From: Pyrinomonadaceae bacterium
GTDB taxonomy: Bacteria; Acidobacteriota; Blastocatellia; Pyrinomonadales; Pyrinomonadaceae
Length of the DNA stretch: 64,000 bases
Direction of reading: 5' to 3'
NCBI GenBank assembly: GCA_023717565.1
Contig: JAMQPI010000675.1
Coordinates: 658-64,657 of the forward strand
A program made the position numbers and the translations under genes. Shown piece after piece: positions 55,429 to 64,000 of the stretch. The notes under the pieces are model-generated. The model saw only the letters and a list, made by a program, of their open reading frames with translations. It was not told the DNA's origin and ran no database searches. Within the stretch, counting starts at the first letter, position 1. The number at the start of each line of letters is the position of its first letter.

Positions 55429-56492
55429 CGGCCAATTACCTCGACATCTTCGCGACGAAGGAGTTCATCGGCGTGGAGATTGCGCCGCAAACGCGAGCCA
55501 ACTAACTCTGGCAAACAGCTGGCGGGAATTCCGGTACCAGGCTTCTTCGCAGTTAAGTGCTCTTCGCGTAAGACTGTCCCAGCAGGCAATTCAGTACGTG
55601 TCACCAAGCTCTTGGTGAAAAGATCTCTTAACGGCGCAACTTCGCGGGCGGCAGTGTCTTTGTCAATCGGGTGCGCCAGCATTTTTTCGATGAAGCGCAC
55701 ACCTTCCACCAATTGCTTTAGCTCGCTGGGCGTCAGAGAAACAGGTACATCGGGTCCAAACATGTCGCGACTAAGTGTGACGTGAACCTCCAGGACTTCG
55801 CTGCCCAGCGTGACTGCGGCCAGCCCTGGATAAATCGAACCCGAATGATCAGAAAGACCTACCGGACAGCCATACCGTTCGCGAAAGTAGGAAAGCACGT
55901 TCAAGCCGATTTTTTCCGGCGGGCAAGGATAGGAAGATGTGCATTGCAAGACGGCAATTGGAAGATCGCGCGCCTTTACTCTGGCGACGGCGTCATCGAT
56001 CTCACTAATAGGACTCATACCGGTAGAAAGCAGGAGGGGGAGATTGCTGTCGGCCAAACGCTCAAACATCGAGGCGTTTCCAACCTCGCCGGAAGCTATC
56101 TTCCATGCTGCTACTCCAACGCGCTCAAGTAGTTCGACCGCATCCAGTGAAAACGGAGAACTCAGAAAAAGCAGACCCTTTTCCTGCGCATGTTGTTTCA
56201 AACCACTCCACTGCTCCTCGCTAAACTCCATTCGCTTCCAGTAGTCGTAACGGGAAGCATCTTGAGAACTGAACTTGACGCGCCATGGTTCTTGAGGTGT
56301 GCTTTCCGCTGCGGCGATATGAGTCTGAAACTTGACTGCGTCGGCACCAGTCGCCGCGATGGCGTCGATGAAAGCGTGCGCTATACCAAGGCTTCCATCA
56401 TGCGCTTGGGCCACTTCGCCGATAATCAAGCAGTCTCCTGCTGTCGGGTTCGTGAGGGCGGACTGCCCTTTTAGGACGTCTTTAAATGACAT
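55425..56492 (-). CDS. neuB: NeuB-family nonulosonic-acid synthase with SAF domain (second copy)
   Basis: LIIGEVAQAHDGSLGIAHAFIDAIAATGADAVKFQTH. C-terminal SAF-like ELPAGTVLREEHLTAKKPGTG. Confidence 0.9.
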   Translation of the reverse strand: MSFKDVLKGQSALTNPTAGDCLIIGEVAQAHDGSLGIAHAFIDAIAATGADAVKFQTHIAAAESTPQEPWRVKFSSQDASRYDYWKRMEFSEEQWSGLKQHAQEKGLLFLSSPFSLDAVELLERVGVAAWKIASGEVGNASMFERLADSNLPLLLSTGMSPISEIDDAVARVKARDLPIAVLQCTSSYPCPPEKIGLNVLSYFRERYGCPVGLSDHSGSIYPGLAAVTLGSEVLEVHVTLSRDMFGPDVPVSLTPSELKQLVEGVRFIEKMLAHPIDKDTAAREVAPLRDLFTKSLVTRTELPAGTVLREEHLTAKKPGTGIPASCLPELVGSRLRRNLHADELLRREDVEVIGR

Positions 56493-56505
56493 GTGGAAAT
56501 CTTCA

Positions 56506-56670
56506 GATTGCGAATTTCGACATTTCTATCCCGTGACGAACTGGGATTTCAAAATGATTGTCGAATCGGATTGGAATTTCGTATCGAGAAGACAGGAAGA
56601 AACTTGAGAGAGCGGTATGCTAAATAGTTTGCCAAGCTGGAGACAGGAAATTCGAATTCCGCAATCCGAA
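56506..56670. promoter_or_regulatory. Cluster of GATTG-(N0-2)-CGAATTTC-like motifs plus a 10-bp palindrome in the wzm-neuB intergenic gap
   Basis: GATTGCGAATTTCG at 56506..56519, GATTGTCGAATCGG at 56556..56569, GATTGGAATTTCG at 56569..56581. Inverted copy GAAATTCG at 56647..56654, within the reverse-strand sequence GATTGCGGAATTCGAATTTCC. AATTCGAATT palindrome at 56649..56658. Confidence 0.25.
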
Positions 56671-56674
56671 GTTC

Positions 56675-57547
56675 TTATACGATGTCCGCAAACGTTTTTT
56701 CCATCCTCCGGAAGTAGAACGCGCCACTGACAAGAATCAAAATAGCCACTCCGGCGGAAACGAGAACGATCGGACCGGGAAAGGACTTAGTTCCTAATAA
56801 CGCCCAGCGGAAACCATCGACCACGCCAACCATGGGGTTAAGCCCGTAAAGCGTGCGCCAGGGCTCGGCGAGCAGGCTGCTTGGATAGGCAATGGGTGTC
56901 GCGAATAACCAGAACTGCGTGATGAAGGGCACAATGTAACGGACGTCCCGGTATTTAACGTTCAAACTGGAAAGCCATAATCCGACCCCGAGCGACGTAA
57001 TCAGAGCTAACAAGAGGAACACCGGGAGCCAGAGAATGTTTATTGTCGGCACCATCCGGTAATAGAACATCATCCCAATCAGCACGACTAAGGCCAAAAC
57101 AAAGTCCACGACCCCGGAGAGTACAGTTGCCAGTGGAATCACAAGTCGCGGGAAATAGACCTTGGTGATCAGATTGGAGCTTCCAACCAGACTGTTGGAT
57201 GATTGGGTTAATCCAGATGCGAAAAATGTCCAAGGGACCAGAGCTGCATAGCTAAAAATCGGATATGGAATACCGTCAGACGGCATCTTCGCAAGTTTGC
57301 CGAAAAACAGACTGAACACCACCATTGTGGAGAACGGTTGAATGATGGCCCAGGCCGCTCCCAGAGCAGTTTGCTTGTATCGAACTTTGATATCCCGCCA
57401 GATGAGGAAGTAAAGTAGTTCGCGATAGGCCCACAGCTCGCCCAGTTTAAGCGAAACCCACCCGCGCGACGCCTTGATGTGGAGCACTTGGGTGGCGCTT
57501 TTACTGGTAATTTTCGACTGACTAGATGTTTCAGTTATCGCTGACAT
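56675..57547 (-). CDS. wzm: ABC-2 type polysaccharide export permease (Wzm/KpsM-like)
   Basis: LWAYRELLYFLIWRDIKVRYKQT signature followed by six TM helices. Start at ATG 57547 (MSAITE). Confidence 0.85.
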   Translation of the reverse strand: MSAITETSSQSKITSKSATQVLHIKASRGWVSLKLGELWAYRELLYFLIWRDIKVRYKQTALGAAWAIIQPFSTMVVFSLFFGKLAKMPSDGIPYPIFSYAALVPWTFFASGLTQSSNSLVGSSNLITKVYFPRLVIPLATVLSGVVDFVLALVVLIGMMFYYRMVPTINILWLPVFLLLALITSLGVGLWLSSLNVKYRDVRYIVPFITQFWLFATPIAYPSSLLAEPWRTLYGLNPMVGVVDGFRWALLGTKSFPGPIVLVSAGVAILILVSGAFYFRRMEKTFADIV

Positions 57548-58865
57548 GCTGCTCCTGGGAAACACTGGAATGTGGGGTCTGGTCTTCTGAGATGTGAACC
57601 AGCGCGAAGTCATCAAGCCAGAGGACTCCGAAGATCGGACAGGGCTGCTCCTGGCAACGTTGACGCTGAATGCCTATACGCACTGCCCGGGTGGCGTTGG
57701 TTGTCGTAAAGTCTGCGCGAATGTTTTGCCAATCACTTGTGCCGAGCGGCAGTGTGGACGACTGCGCTAATCTTTGACTATCCGATTGACTGGCGTCGGT
57801 CACTGTGACTACTGGTGCTCCACTGGTCACAAGCTCCTGAGCGCGCGTAACCAGGTTCAATTGATATCGTGTATTCGGCTCGACCAGTACGAGTTGCGAC
57901 ACCACCTCCTCCGAGGTGTCCGGAGTGCCATGCCAGTCGATGCGCAAGCTGCGAGCTCCCTCCCGATGAATGCCCTGGTCCATCGAGAGCTTTGTTCCGC
58001 GAATCTCGTTTACTCTCCATGAGAAGCCGGGTTCGTCTGAAAGGCGTCCCGTCTCAAAGCCACCATCATCAACCGAACCGGCAATTGGGACGCCCGAATC
58101 CCCTTGGCGCATGCCAACCCAGAGCTCGTGAGCTTCGGTAAACTTCTTCGCTTCCAGGAACTCAATGACAAATTGGCGTCGCTCGGGATATCGCAACCTA
58201 TTTACCAGTCGAATGAGACTTAATGCCTCAGTCGCCTTGCCGTTCCGCACGAAGAAGTGAGCCACAGCCAGCGTCTCCTGAGGCGTTCGTGGATCGACTG
58301 CACGTTGGACGGCCTCACAATTCCCGGAGTAGGCTTCCCATGCTATTTCAATCACCTTCGTGAACAGCCTCGGCTCGGTCAAGGTAGCGCTTCGAAACTC
58401 CTTAAACGCTTCATCCCGCTGGCTGAGCTTTTGTAACAATTGCGCAGTGTTCCAATGAGGCTCTGCATAGAAGGGCGCGAGGGTTCGAGCCTCAGCCAAT
58501 GCTGCAAGGGCCACCTTGGTTTCACCCATTCTGTCCAGGCCAGTCCCGAGTTCAGCCCACAATCTGTAATCGAGGGGCCTCAGCGCAATCGAGCGTCGCA
58601 AATCCTCTAAAGCCAGGCCTAACTCCTCACGCTTGGTGAGACTGACGGCACGCGCTGCGTAAGCTTCAGGGTCGTGCGGGCTCAACCGCACCGCTTCAGA
58701 GGCGGCAGCGACCGACCCAGTTGACAGGCTATCGTTCACGAGCGAACGCGCTTGTCCAATACGCAAGGCACTCGAGATCCCGAAGACGCATCCGATTAAT
58801 CCGGCAAACATGAAGGCGAAACGAACCATTCGGCTTGAATCCCGATTACTGAAGCGCTTGTTCAT
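57531..58865 (-). CDS. TPR-repeat protein with C-terminal carbohydrate-binding-module-like domain
   Basis: N-terminal membrane anchor/signal (FAFMFAGLIGCVFGISSA) and TPR-like helical repeats. C-terminal beta-rich segment DDGGFE...SLRIDWHG...VRIGIQR...LWLDDFAL resembling CBM4/9. Start uncertain (ATG 58865 chosen; ORF maximum 58970). Confidence 0.55.
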   Translation of the reverse strand: MNKRFSNRDSSRMVRFAFMFAGLIGCVFGISSALRIGQARSLVNDSLSTGSVAAASEAVRLSPHDPEAYAARAVSLTKREELGLALEDLRRSIALRPLDYRLWAELGTGLDRMGETKVALAALAEARTLAPFYAEPHWNTAQLLQKLSQRDEAFKEFRSATLTEPRLFTKVIEIAWEAYSGNCEAVQRAVDPRTPQETLAVAHFFVRNGKATEALSLIRLVNRLRYPERRQFVIEFLEAKKFTEAHELWVGMRQGDSGVPIAGSVDDGGFETGRLSDEPGFSWRVNEIRGTKLSMDQGIHREGARSLRIDWHGTPDTSEEVVSQLVLVEPNTRYQLNLVTRAQELVTSGAPVVTVTDASQSDSQRLAQSSTLPLGTSDWQNIRADFTTTNATRAVRIGIQRQRCQEQPCPIFGVLWLDDFALVHISEDQTPHSSVSQEQHVSDN

Positions 58866-58899
58866 TATTAATGTGGTCCGAGGAGACCTGGAGAAAGTC

Positions 58900-60339
58900 T
58901 TACGCCGGCTGCTGAATCTGTTCGTGTCTGCCCAGGCTCTGGCCATTACAGACCTTGACCGCCAACACAATAAGTGTGCAACAGACGAGGCTGTTGATTG
59001 TTATGTGCAGGCCAAAGTCGAAGAGACTGTGCACAGCCACGGCAAAAAGGCCTGTAAGTGCCCCACACCTTGCTGCTCGGGAGAAAGGAGACGCTCCTTG
59101 CAGCCGCTCACGTGCAACTCTTAAAAAGGACGCTACGAACCATAGGCCGAACGCTCCACCTATCACTCCACCACTAGCCAGCAGTTCGAGGTAATCATTG
59201 TGGGCTTGTTCCAAGTTCGCCTCACCTGAAGACTGAAGGTATCGCGAAATCGCCACTGAGTATCCCCCAAAGCCCACACCTAGAATCGGGTTATCCTTAA
59301 TCAGTTTCAGCGTTGCCTGCCAGATCTGTGGTCGAAGGACTTTTGGCGGCCCGGTTGTTTGGGTCTGGAATTCAGTGGGTGTCTTCTCGAGTCGGGAAAT
59401 CGTTTCGTCACCACCGATAATAATGACGCTGGCCACGACAGTCGCCAGCAGCAGGCAAACTAAAGCTGCGGTGGCGATCAATTGAGGGTTCCGCAATAAC
59501 CTTTTGGAAGAAAGACGATCCTGGCCAAAATCTCTGGAACGTGACCCGTTGCGCACGGTACTCATTAGAAGGAAGAAGAATGGCACTTCAACAACAAGGC
59601 TAAGCGCCCCGCCGCGCGAGTGAGTTAACAGAATAGACGCCCAGAGTACTACTCCCGTCGAAATATATAGGATAAGTCGTTTCTTGTACTTGCGGTCGCC
59701 AACGCTCAGGCCAAGTAATAAAGCGATGGCCATCTCGATGAGAAAGGCAAAGTGGTTGCGGTTTTCGAATTGGCCGTAGCTTCCGTCGGCTGAGAGCCGG
59801 TGCCTTGCCAAGTCCATCAAGGCTTGGGGCATTTGCGACCTGAAGATACCAAACAATGCGCTTGCCAGAGCAATGCCAACAACAAGGTAAATCATGCATC
59901 GCAATCGTTGCTCAGTTGAGGCATAGCGCAGGAGTAATCCGAGAGTAAGCGTAAGGGCTAAGAGCTTGTAGGCAAAGCGCCAAGTTTCGAAGGGGTCGGC
60001 GCTTATCGTACGGCCCACTTCCGTCCCTCCCAGGGCCACGCTTGCATCGTAGTTCCATATTGCGAGGCTTTGGACAATAGCGAGGATTATCAACGCTAGT
60101 AACGGCAGCAAGAGTCGATGTACTCTCACCCACCAAGTGTCTCGCAAAAACCCCTCGATTATCCACAGGATCGCGAAACCGAAGACCGCTGATTCAAAGA
60201 TCGACTCCCACCAAGGGTCAACCGTGCCAAAAGGCACAGCAGCTAACCCTATTAGGATCAGAACACCGTAAAAGATCGTTCCATCCAGCCAGCACCCGAT
60301 TCGCTGACGAAGGGGAGACTGGATCGTATTTGCCTGCAT
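58900..60339 (-). CDS. O-antigen ligase / Wzy-like polytopic membrane protein (second copy)
   Basis: Ten or more TM helices. THSRGGALS motif and a large loop, as in the Wzy_C family. Confidence 0.75.
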   Translation of the reverse strand: MQANTIQSPLRQRIGCWLDGTIFYGVLILIGLAAVPFGTVDPWWESIFESAVFGFAILWIIEGFLRDTWWVRVHRLLLPLLALIILAIVQSLAIWNYDASVALGGTEVGRTISADPFETWRFAYKLLALTLTLGLLLRYASTEQRLRCMIYLVVGIALASALFGIFRSQMPQALMDLARHRLSADGSYGQFENRNHFAFLIEMAIALLLGLSVGDRKYKKRLILYISTGVVLWASILLTHSRGGALSLVVEVPFFFLLMSTVRNGSRSRDFGQDRLSSKRLLRNPQLIATAALVCLLLATVVASVIIIGGDETISRLEKTPTEFQTQTTGPPKVLRPQIWQATLKLIKDNPILGVGFGGYSVAISRYLQSSGEANLEQAHNDYLELLASGGVIGGAFGLWFVASFLRVARERLQGASPFSRAARCGALTGLFAVAVHSLFDFGLHITINSLVCCTLIVLAVKVCNGQSLGRHEQIQQPA

Positions 60340-60411
60340 TCGACTTGCGAAAACATACGTAATTGTTGCAGCCAGACTTCTTGCCCTGTCCTGGAACAGC
60401 GGGGTCGAAAT

Positions 60412-62868
60412 TTAGCGATAGTAGTTTCGGTAGTATGAATAGTCGTTCGATCGAACATTGACTGCGTTCAGAACCACTCCAAGGATTGGAGCACCCACTC
60501 CGTCCAATGATTGCACCGAATACCGGGCAACCTGACGCGGACTCTTCGGTCCGCGGACAATCATCAAAACACCATCAACGAGCGACGAGATCAATACTGC
60601 ATCTGTAAAAAAGCTTATGGGCGGCGAATCGATAATGATGTGGGAAAAAGTAGACCTGAGCGTATGTACCAGCCGCCGCATGCTTTCCGACGCCAGCAAC
60701 TCAGCAGCGTTGTCCGTTGCCGGCCCAGCCGGGAGAACGTAGAGATTGCTACCATCATACTGCTCGATCATTGATAGGATCTCGGCTTCGGTCACGTCGC
60801 CGGATAGAATGGTGCTAAGACCCTGCGCGTTCTCGATTCCCAAAACCTCATGAATAGTCGGATGACGCAAGTCTCCATCAATCAATAGCACCTTGGCCCC
60901 GGTTTGGGAGATGACGAATCCCGTATTGATGACCACCGTGGTCTTCCCCTCTCCGGGCAAACTCGACGTCACCAGAAGGGTTGCGGGAGCACTGTTGCCA
61001 TTCGAATGCATGACCAAAGTTCGCAGTTTCTTATAAGACTCGGATAACGACGAAGACCCTTCCTCGTAAATCAGTAATCCAACATGCCCACGCGCGTTAC
61101 GCACCGATTTCTTCGGAGACTTTTTGCCAGGCTCAGGATTCGGTGTGGGAGTCTGCTCTCCCAGCAGTAGTCCTGGGCCTCCATGACTTTTCAGCTTTAG
61201 AACTTCCCGAAGTTGGCGCCGGCGTCGACTAGCGATGGGGATAACAGCAAGCGCCGATAGGCCAAACATCCTCTCAACCTTGTCGACGGAGTCAACTGAA
61301 ACGCTATCCTCAAGCGAACCCAGTAGAACAACCAATCCGACAGCAAATGCGAGAGAGAATGCAAATGCGAGGGCAACAAGCCTCGCCCGCTTGGGGCCGA
61401 CAGGCACTGCGGGGAGGGTTGCGTAATCCGTAACCTGCACATTGTTCGGCGTTGCTGCCAAAACTATTTCATTCTCTTTCGAGCGTTGCAGCAGACTATC
61501 AAGTAAACCCCTGTAGGTTGTCGTCTCCTGCTGGATCATTCGGTAGTCAATAGCAGCCGCGTTCTGGGTCATCGCCGAGTTGTGCTGTTGCTCAAACGCT
61601 TTTCGCAAGGATTGCTCCCGAGCCAGCGACTGACGGTAACGCGTTTCGAGGTTCGTGAGCACTACTCCGATGGCACGCTCACTAGTCTGTTTTAGTTGAT
61701 CCTCCAGATCACTGATCTGCTTATTGAGCTCTTTCACCTCTGGCCAGTTTTCTCCGACCTCGAGCAGCATGACAGCGCGTCGCTGCCGGGCGTCCGCCAA
61801 GCGGGCGTCGATTGCGGAAAGTTGCGCGTTGTTATTGCCTTCAACAATAGCGGCGGCGGCCCCAGGGGCGAGAGCGCCCTGGTACTCTGCTTCGGCCGCC
61901 TTACGAAGGTTCTCTGCCTCGAGCAATCCGCGGTCAAGCGCGGCTAGCCGATCTGATTCGATATCTCTTCCCGAATCGAGGGGAAAGATCTGATGGTCCC
62001 TGGCGTATTCAATTAACCGCCTTTCATTTTCCCCGATCTTAGACTGAAGCTCGGCTATACGCTTTTGCAGAAAGTCACTGGTAGATGAGGTTGATGCGGC
62101 GCGCCGCTCCCAATTGGCCTGTACGAAAGTGTCAGCAACAACGTTGGCGGCTCGGGCGGCTGAATTCGGATCGGAATGACTGAAGTTGATATTAATCAGC
62201 CGGCTGGTCTCGGTTAGCTTCACGTCAAGTCCGTTCCGAATAGCTGAAACATGCTTCGCTAATCTCTCAGCCTCGGCCATGTCGCCATCCGCGGATAGGG
62301 GAGCGATCGATCTCACCCTCAGAGGTTTGTTCGCGACCCCTTCTGACTGTGAGCGATCCCCGGCCAGACCTGCCATCCTCATAATATTGCTCCACGCCGA
62401 TTCTCGCCGGGAAGAGTCCCACACGAATGCGTTTGGCGCGGGCTCCATATCAAGGGTCTTGGCAACGCGCCTCAAAAATGCAGGACTCTTTAAGAGCAAT
62501 AACTGGGTGTTGAAATAGGAGGGGTCGTCGCCTGGGTTATTTATTACTACCGATCCGTTCTTAGAAGATCCGAGAGCCGCGTTGTTCTCCAGATTGACCT
62601 GTATCCTCGCTTCAGCTTCGTAAACGTCGACTTGGCGCGCAACATAGACTAGGGCCAGGGCCGTAGTGAGGAAGGTGATCGTCAGTACCAACCAAAGCCG
62701 TTGGCAAACCATGCCCCAGTAATCGCGCAAACCCAATACCTGCTCGTCGTCAAAGTCCGGATCATCATTGGCCGGAAACGATGAAGGAGGTGACTCTCGG
62801 TAGGGCACCAAAGCGCGTATTTCGCGCTCGTCGCTGCTAGCTTTGATCATATCTCCAGAACGCTTCAT
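60412..62868 (-). CDS. wzc: Polysaccharide co-polymerase / BY-tyrosine autokinase (Wzc/GumC/EpsB-like)
   Basis: Two TM segments flank a long coiled-coil periplasmic domain. Walker A SSLPGEGKTT. Tyr-rich tail SNDYSYYRNYYR. Confidence 0.9.
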   Translation of the reverse strand: MKRSGDMIKASSDEREIRALVPYRESPPSSFPANDDPDFDDEQVLGLRDYWGMVCQRLWLVLTITFLTTALALVYVARQVDVYEAEARIQVNLENNAALGSSKNGSVVINNPGDDPSYFNTQLLLLKSPAFLRRVAKTLDMEPAPNAFVWDSSRRESAWSNIMRMAGLAGDRSQSEGVANKPLRVRSIAPLSADGDMAEAERLAKHVSAIRNGLDVKLTETSRLININFSHSDPNSAARAANVVADTFVQANWERRAASTSSTSDFLQKRIAELQSKIGENERRLIEYARDHQIFPLDSGRDIESDRLAALDRGLLEAENLRKAAEAEYQGALAPGAAAAIVEGNNNAQLSAIDARLADARQRRAVMLLEVGENWPEVKELNKQISDLEDQLKQTSERAIGVVLTNLETRYRQSLAREQSLRKAFEQQHNSAMTQNAAAIDYRMIQQETTTYRGLLDSLLQRSKENEIVLAATPNNVQVTDYATLPAVPVGPKRARLVALAFAFSLAFAVGLVVLLGSLEDSVSVDSVDKVERMFGLSALAVIPIASRRRRQLREVLKLKSHGGPGLLLGEQTPTPNPEPGKKSPKKSVRNARGHVGLLIYEEGSSSLSESYKKLRTLVMHSNGNSAPATLLVTSSLPGEGKTTVVINTGFVISQTGAKVLLIDGDLRHPTIHEVLGIENAQGLSTILSGDVTEAEILSMIEQYDGSNLYVLPAGPATDNAAELLASESMRRLVHTLRSTFSHIIIDSPPISFFTDAVLISSLVDGVLMIVRGPKSPRQVARYSVQSLDGVGAPILGVVLNAVNVRSNDYSYYRNYYR

Positions 62869-62905
62869 GGGACCGATTCCTAATTTCTCTTTCGAACAGA
62901 ATGGC

Positions 62906-63979
62906 TTACGGTATGACTATGGGCAATCTTGTAGCCATGGGAATGATGGTCGAGGCCATTCCTCTTAAAATAGCTTGGAGACCAGTTTTGGTAGAGACTT
63001 CGACGATATCACCACCCTGCAGCAGGAAGCCTTCACCCTGGCTCTTGTCAGGCGCCTTCATATCAACCAGAAACTCCGTAGTTGCTGAGCTACCGGAAAT
63101 CTGCCGCGTGACGCGGATTTTGTCTCTTTTCGAGTTAGGAAGTGTTCCACCTACCATCGCTAACGCGCGGGCCAGAGTGATAGGCTCCACAATCGGAACC
63201 ACCGCCGGGCGCGCCACATTTCCGACAATGATTACTTCCTCCGCATCTGGGATGTTGATGATGTCTCCCTGATGCACGTAAAGACTCTTATCGTCACCGC
63301 CTCGTAAAAGTTCTTTCAGGTCATAAGTCAACACGCCATCGTCATCATCTGTTATGGAACTTTTTTTAGCGTTTGCCTTATCAGCACGTCCCTCGCAGGT
63401 GTCAGACGGGGAAGTGGACAGGATCTGAACTATGCGACCCGCTTTAGGAGAGGGGCCGCCAGCATGAAACACGAGCAATTCCAGCAGTCGTACTCGGCGA
63501 CGTAGCTGAAATCGGCCCGGGGAGTTGACGGCGCCCATAACCGCCACGGGCTGTGACTGATAGTCCTTAACGGAGACATAGACCATCGGGTTTTTCAACA
63601 ATTGGCCATCGCGGTAAAGGCGGGCAATCTCTTCTGCCAGTTCTTTCTCAGTTCGGCATGACGCCCGAATTTCACCCTCGATCAAGGGCATCGAGATCAT
63701 GCCCCGCATGTCTACCTGTTCTTCGCGTGAAAGTTGTGTTCTATTAAAAACTTGAACGGTAAGCAAATCCCCAGGTCCGATACGATATTGATCGTCACTC
63801 AACGATGATGTGACATGGACTTGAGGTTTCGTAGCACGAGCCGCAATCGGGGCAGGAATACTCTCGGCCGGTTGCTGAGCAAATGCCACCTGCAAACACC
63901 CGGCCAGCATCCCAGCCAGAATTGCCGGTACAGTAGCCCTACTCAGGAACGCACAACCAATGAAATATTTAGGATTCAT
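62906..63979 (-). CDS. wza: Outer-membrane polysaccharide export lipoprotein (Wza family)
   Basis: Signal peptide with lipobox LAGC. Poly_export motif YRIGPGDLLTVQVF. SLBB-like repeats (GDIINIP, GDIVEV). Confidence 0.9.
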   Translation of the reverse strand: MNPKYFIGCAFLSRATVPAILAGMLAGCLQVAFAQQPAESIPAPIAARATKPQVHVTSSLSDDQYRIGPGDLLTVQVFNRTQLSREEQVDMRGMISMPLIEGEIRASCRTEKELAEEIARLYRDGQLLKNPMVYVSVKDYQSQPVAVMGAVNSPGRFQLRRRVRLLELLVFHAGGPSPKAGRIVQILSTSPSDTCEGRADKANAKKSSITDDDDGVLTYDLKELLRGGDDKSLYVHQGDIINIPDAEEVIIVGNVARPAVVPIVEPITLARALAMVGGTLPNSKRDKIRVTRQISGSSATTEFLVDMKAPDKSQGEGFLLQGGDIVEVSTKTGLQAILRGMASTIIPMATRLPIVIP

Positions 63980-64000
63980 CTTGGCAACGAGATTGGTGAC

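Noticed and set aside
1-64000. Search for CRISPR arrays, transposases, integrases, phage genes, toxin-antitoxin pairs or rRNA/tRNA genes, including at the borders of the lasso module.
   Set aside because: No regularly spaced direct repeats, no DDE/tyrosine-recombinase-like ORFs and no RNA gene signatures were seen. The window looks like a stable chromosomal biosynthetic locus.

Overview
The window is dominated by one uninterrupted minus-strand array of about 62 kb. It holds about 48 tightly packed genes, many overlapping by 1-17 nt. Only a 5'-truncated secreted PKD/beta-helix protein (2..2038) lies on the plus strand, converging on the array. The array is a very large cell-surface polysaccharide locus of a diderm bacterium. 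It encodes a Wza lipoprotein, a Wzc tyrosine-kinase co-polymerase, two Wzy/O-antigen-ligase-like proteins, one Wzm permease and two Wzt ATPases. It also encodes a WbpL/WecA-type initiating transferase, a PglF/CapD-type dehydratase, several GT-A/GT-B glycosyltransferases, a pyruvyl transferase and a PIG-L deacetylase. A block of about 12 kb makes nonulosonic acids (sialic/legionaminic/pseudaminic type). Most noteworthy is a complete lasso-peptide (RiPP) gene cluster embedded in this locus at 7744..15203. Its order is B1-B2-C-A1-kinase-A2-ABC exporter-nucleotidyltransferase. It has two paralogous precursor peptides, and one of them (12194..12355, 53 aa) is too short to appear in the ORF track. 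Both predicted cores run Gly1...Asp9 and end in Ser, the expected target of the HPr-kinase-like enzyme. Other unusual items: an FkbH-like/GNAT/carrier/thioesterase fusion; a HAD-UbiA (phosphoribosyltransferase-like) fusion next to a GT-C membrane protein; an AAC(3)-like acetyltransferase fused to an aminopeptidase-like domain; two PhyH-type dioxygenases; three related uncharacterised GT-B-like proteins; and two Wzt ATPases with different C-terminal domains. All functional calls rest on motif and architecture recognition in the translated ORFs, because no database search was possible. No rRNA, tRNA, CRISPR array, transposase or integrase was recognised. Taxon cannot be established from the sequence alone; a soil-type Gram-negative such as Acidobacteriota would fit the gene content, but that is a guess.
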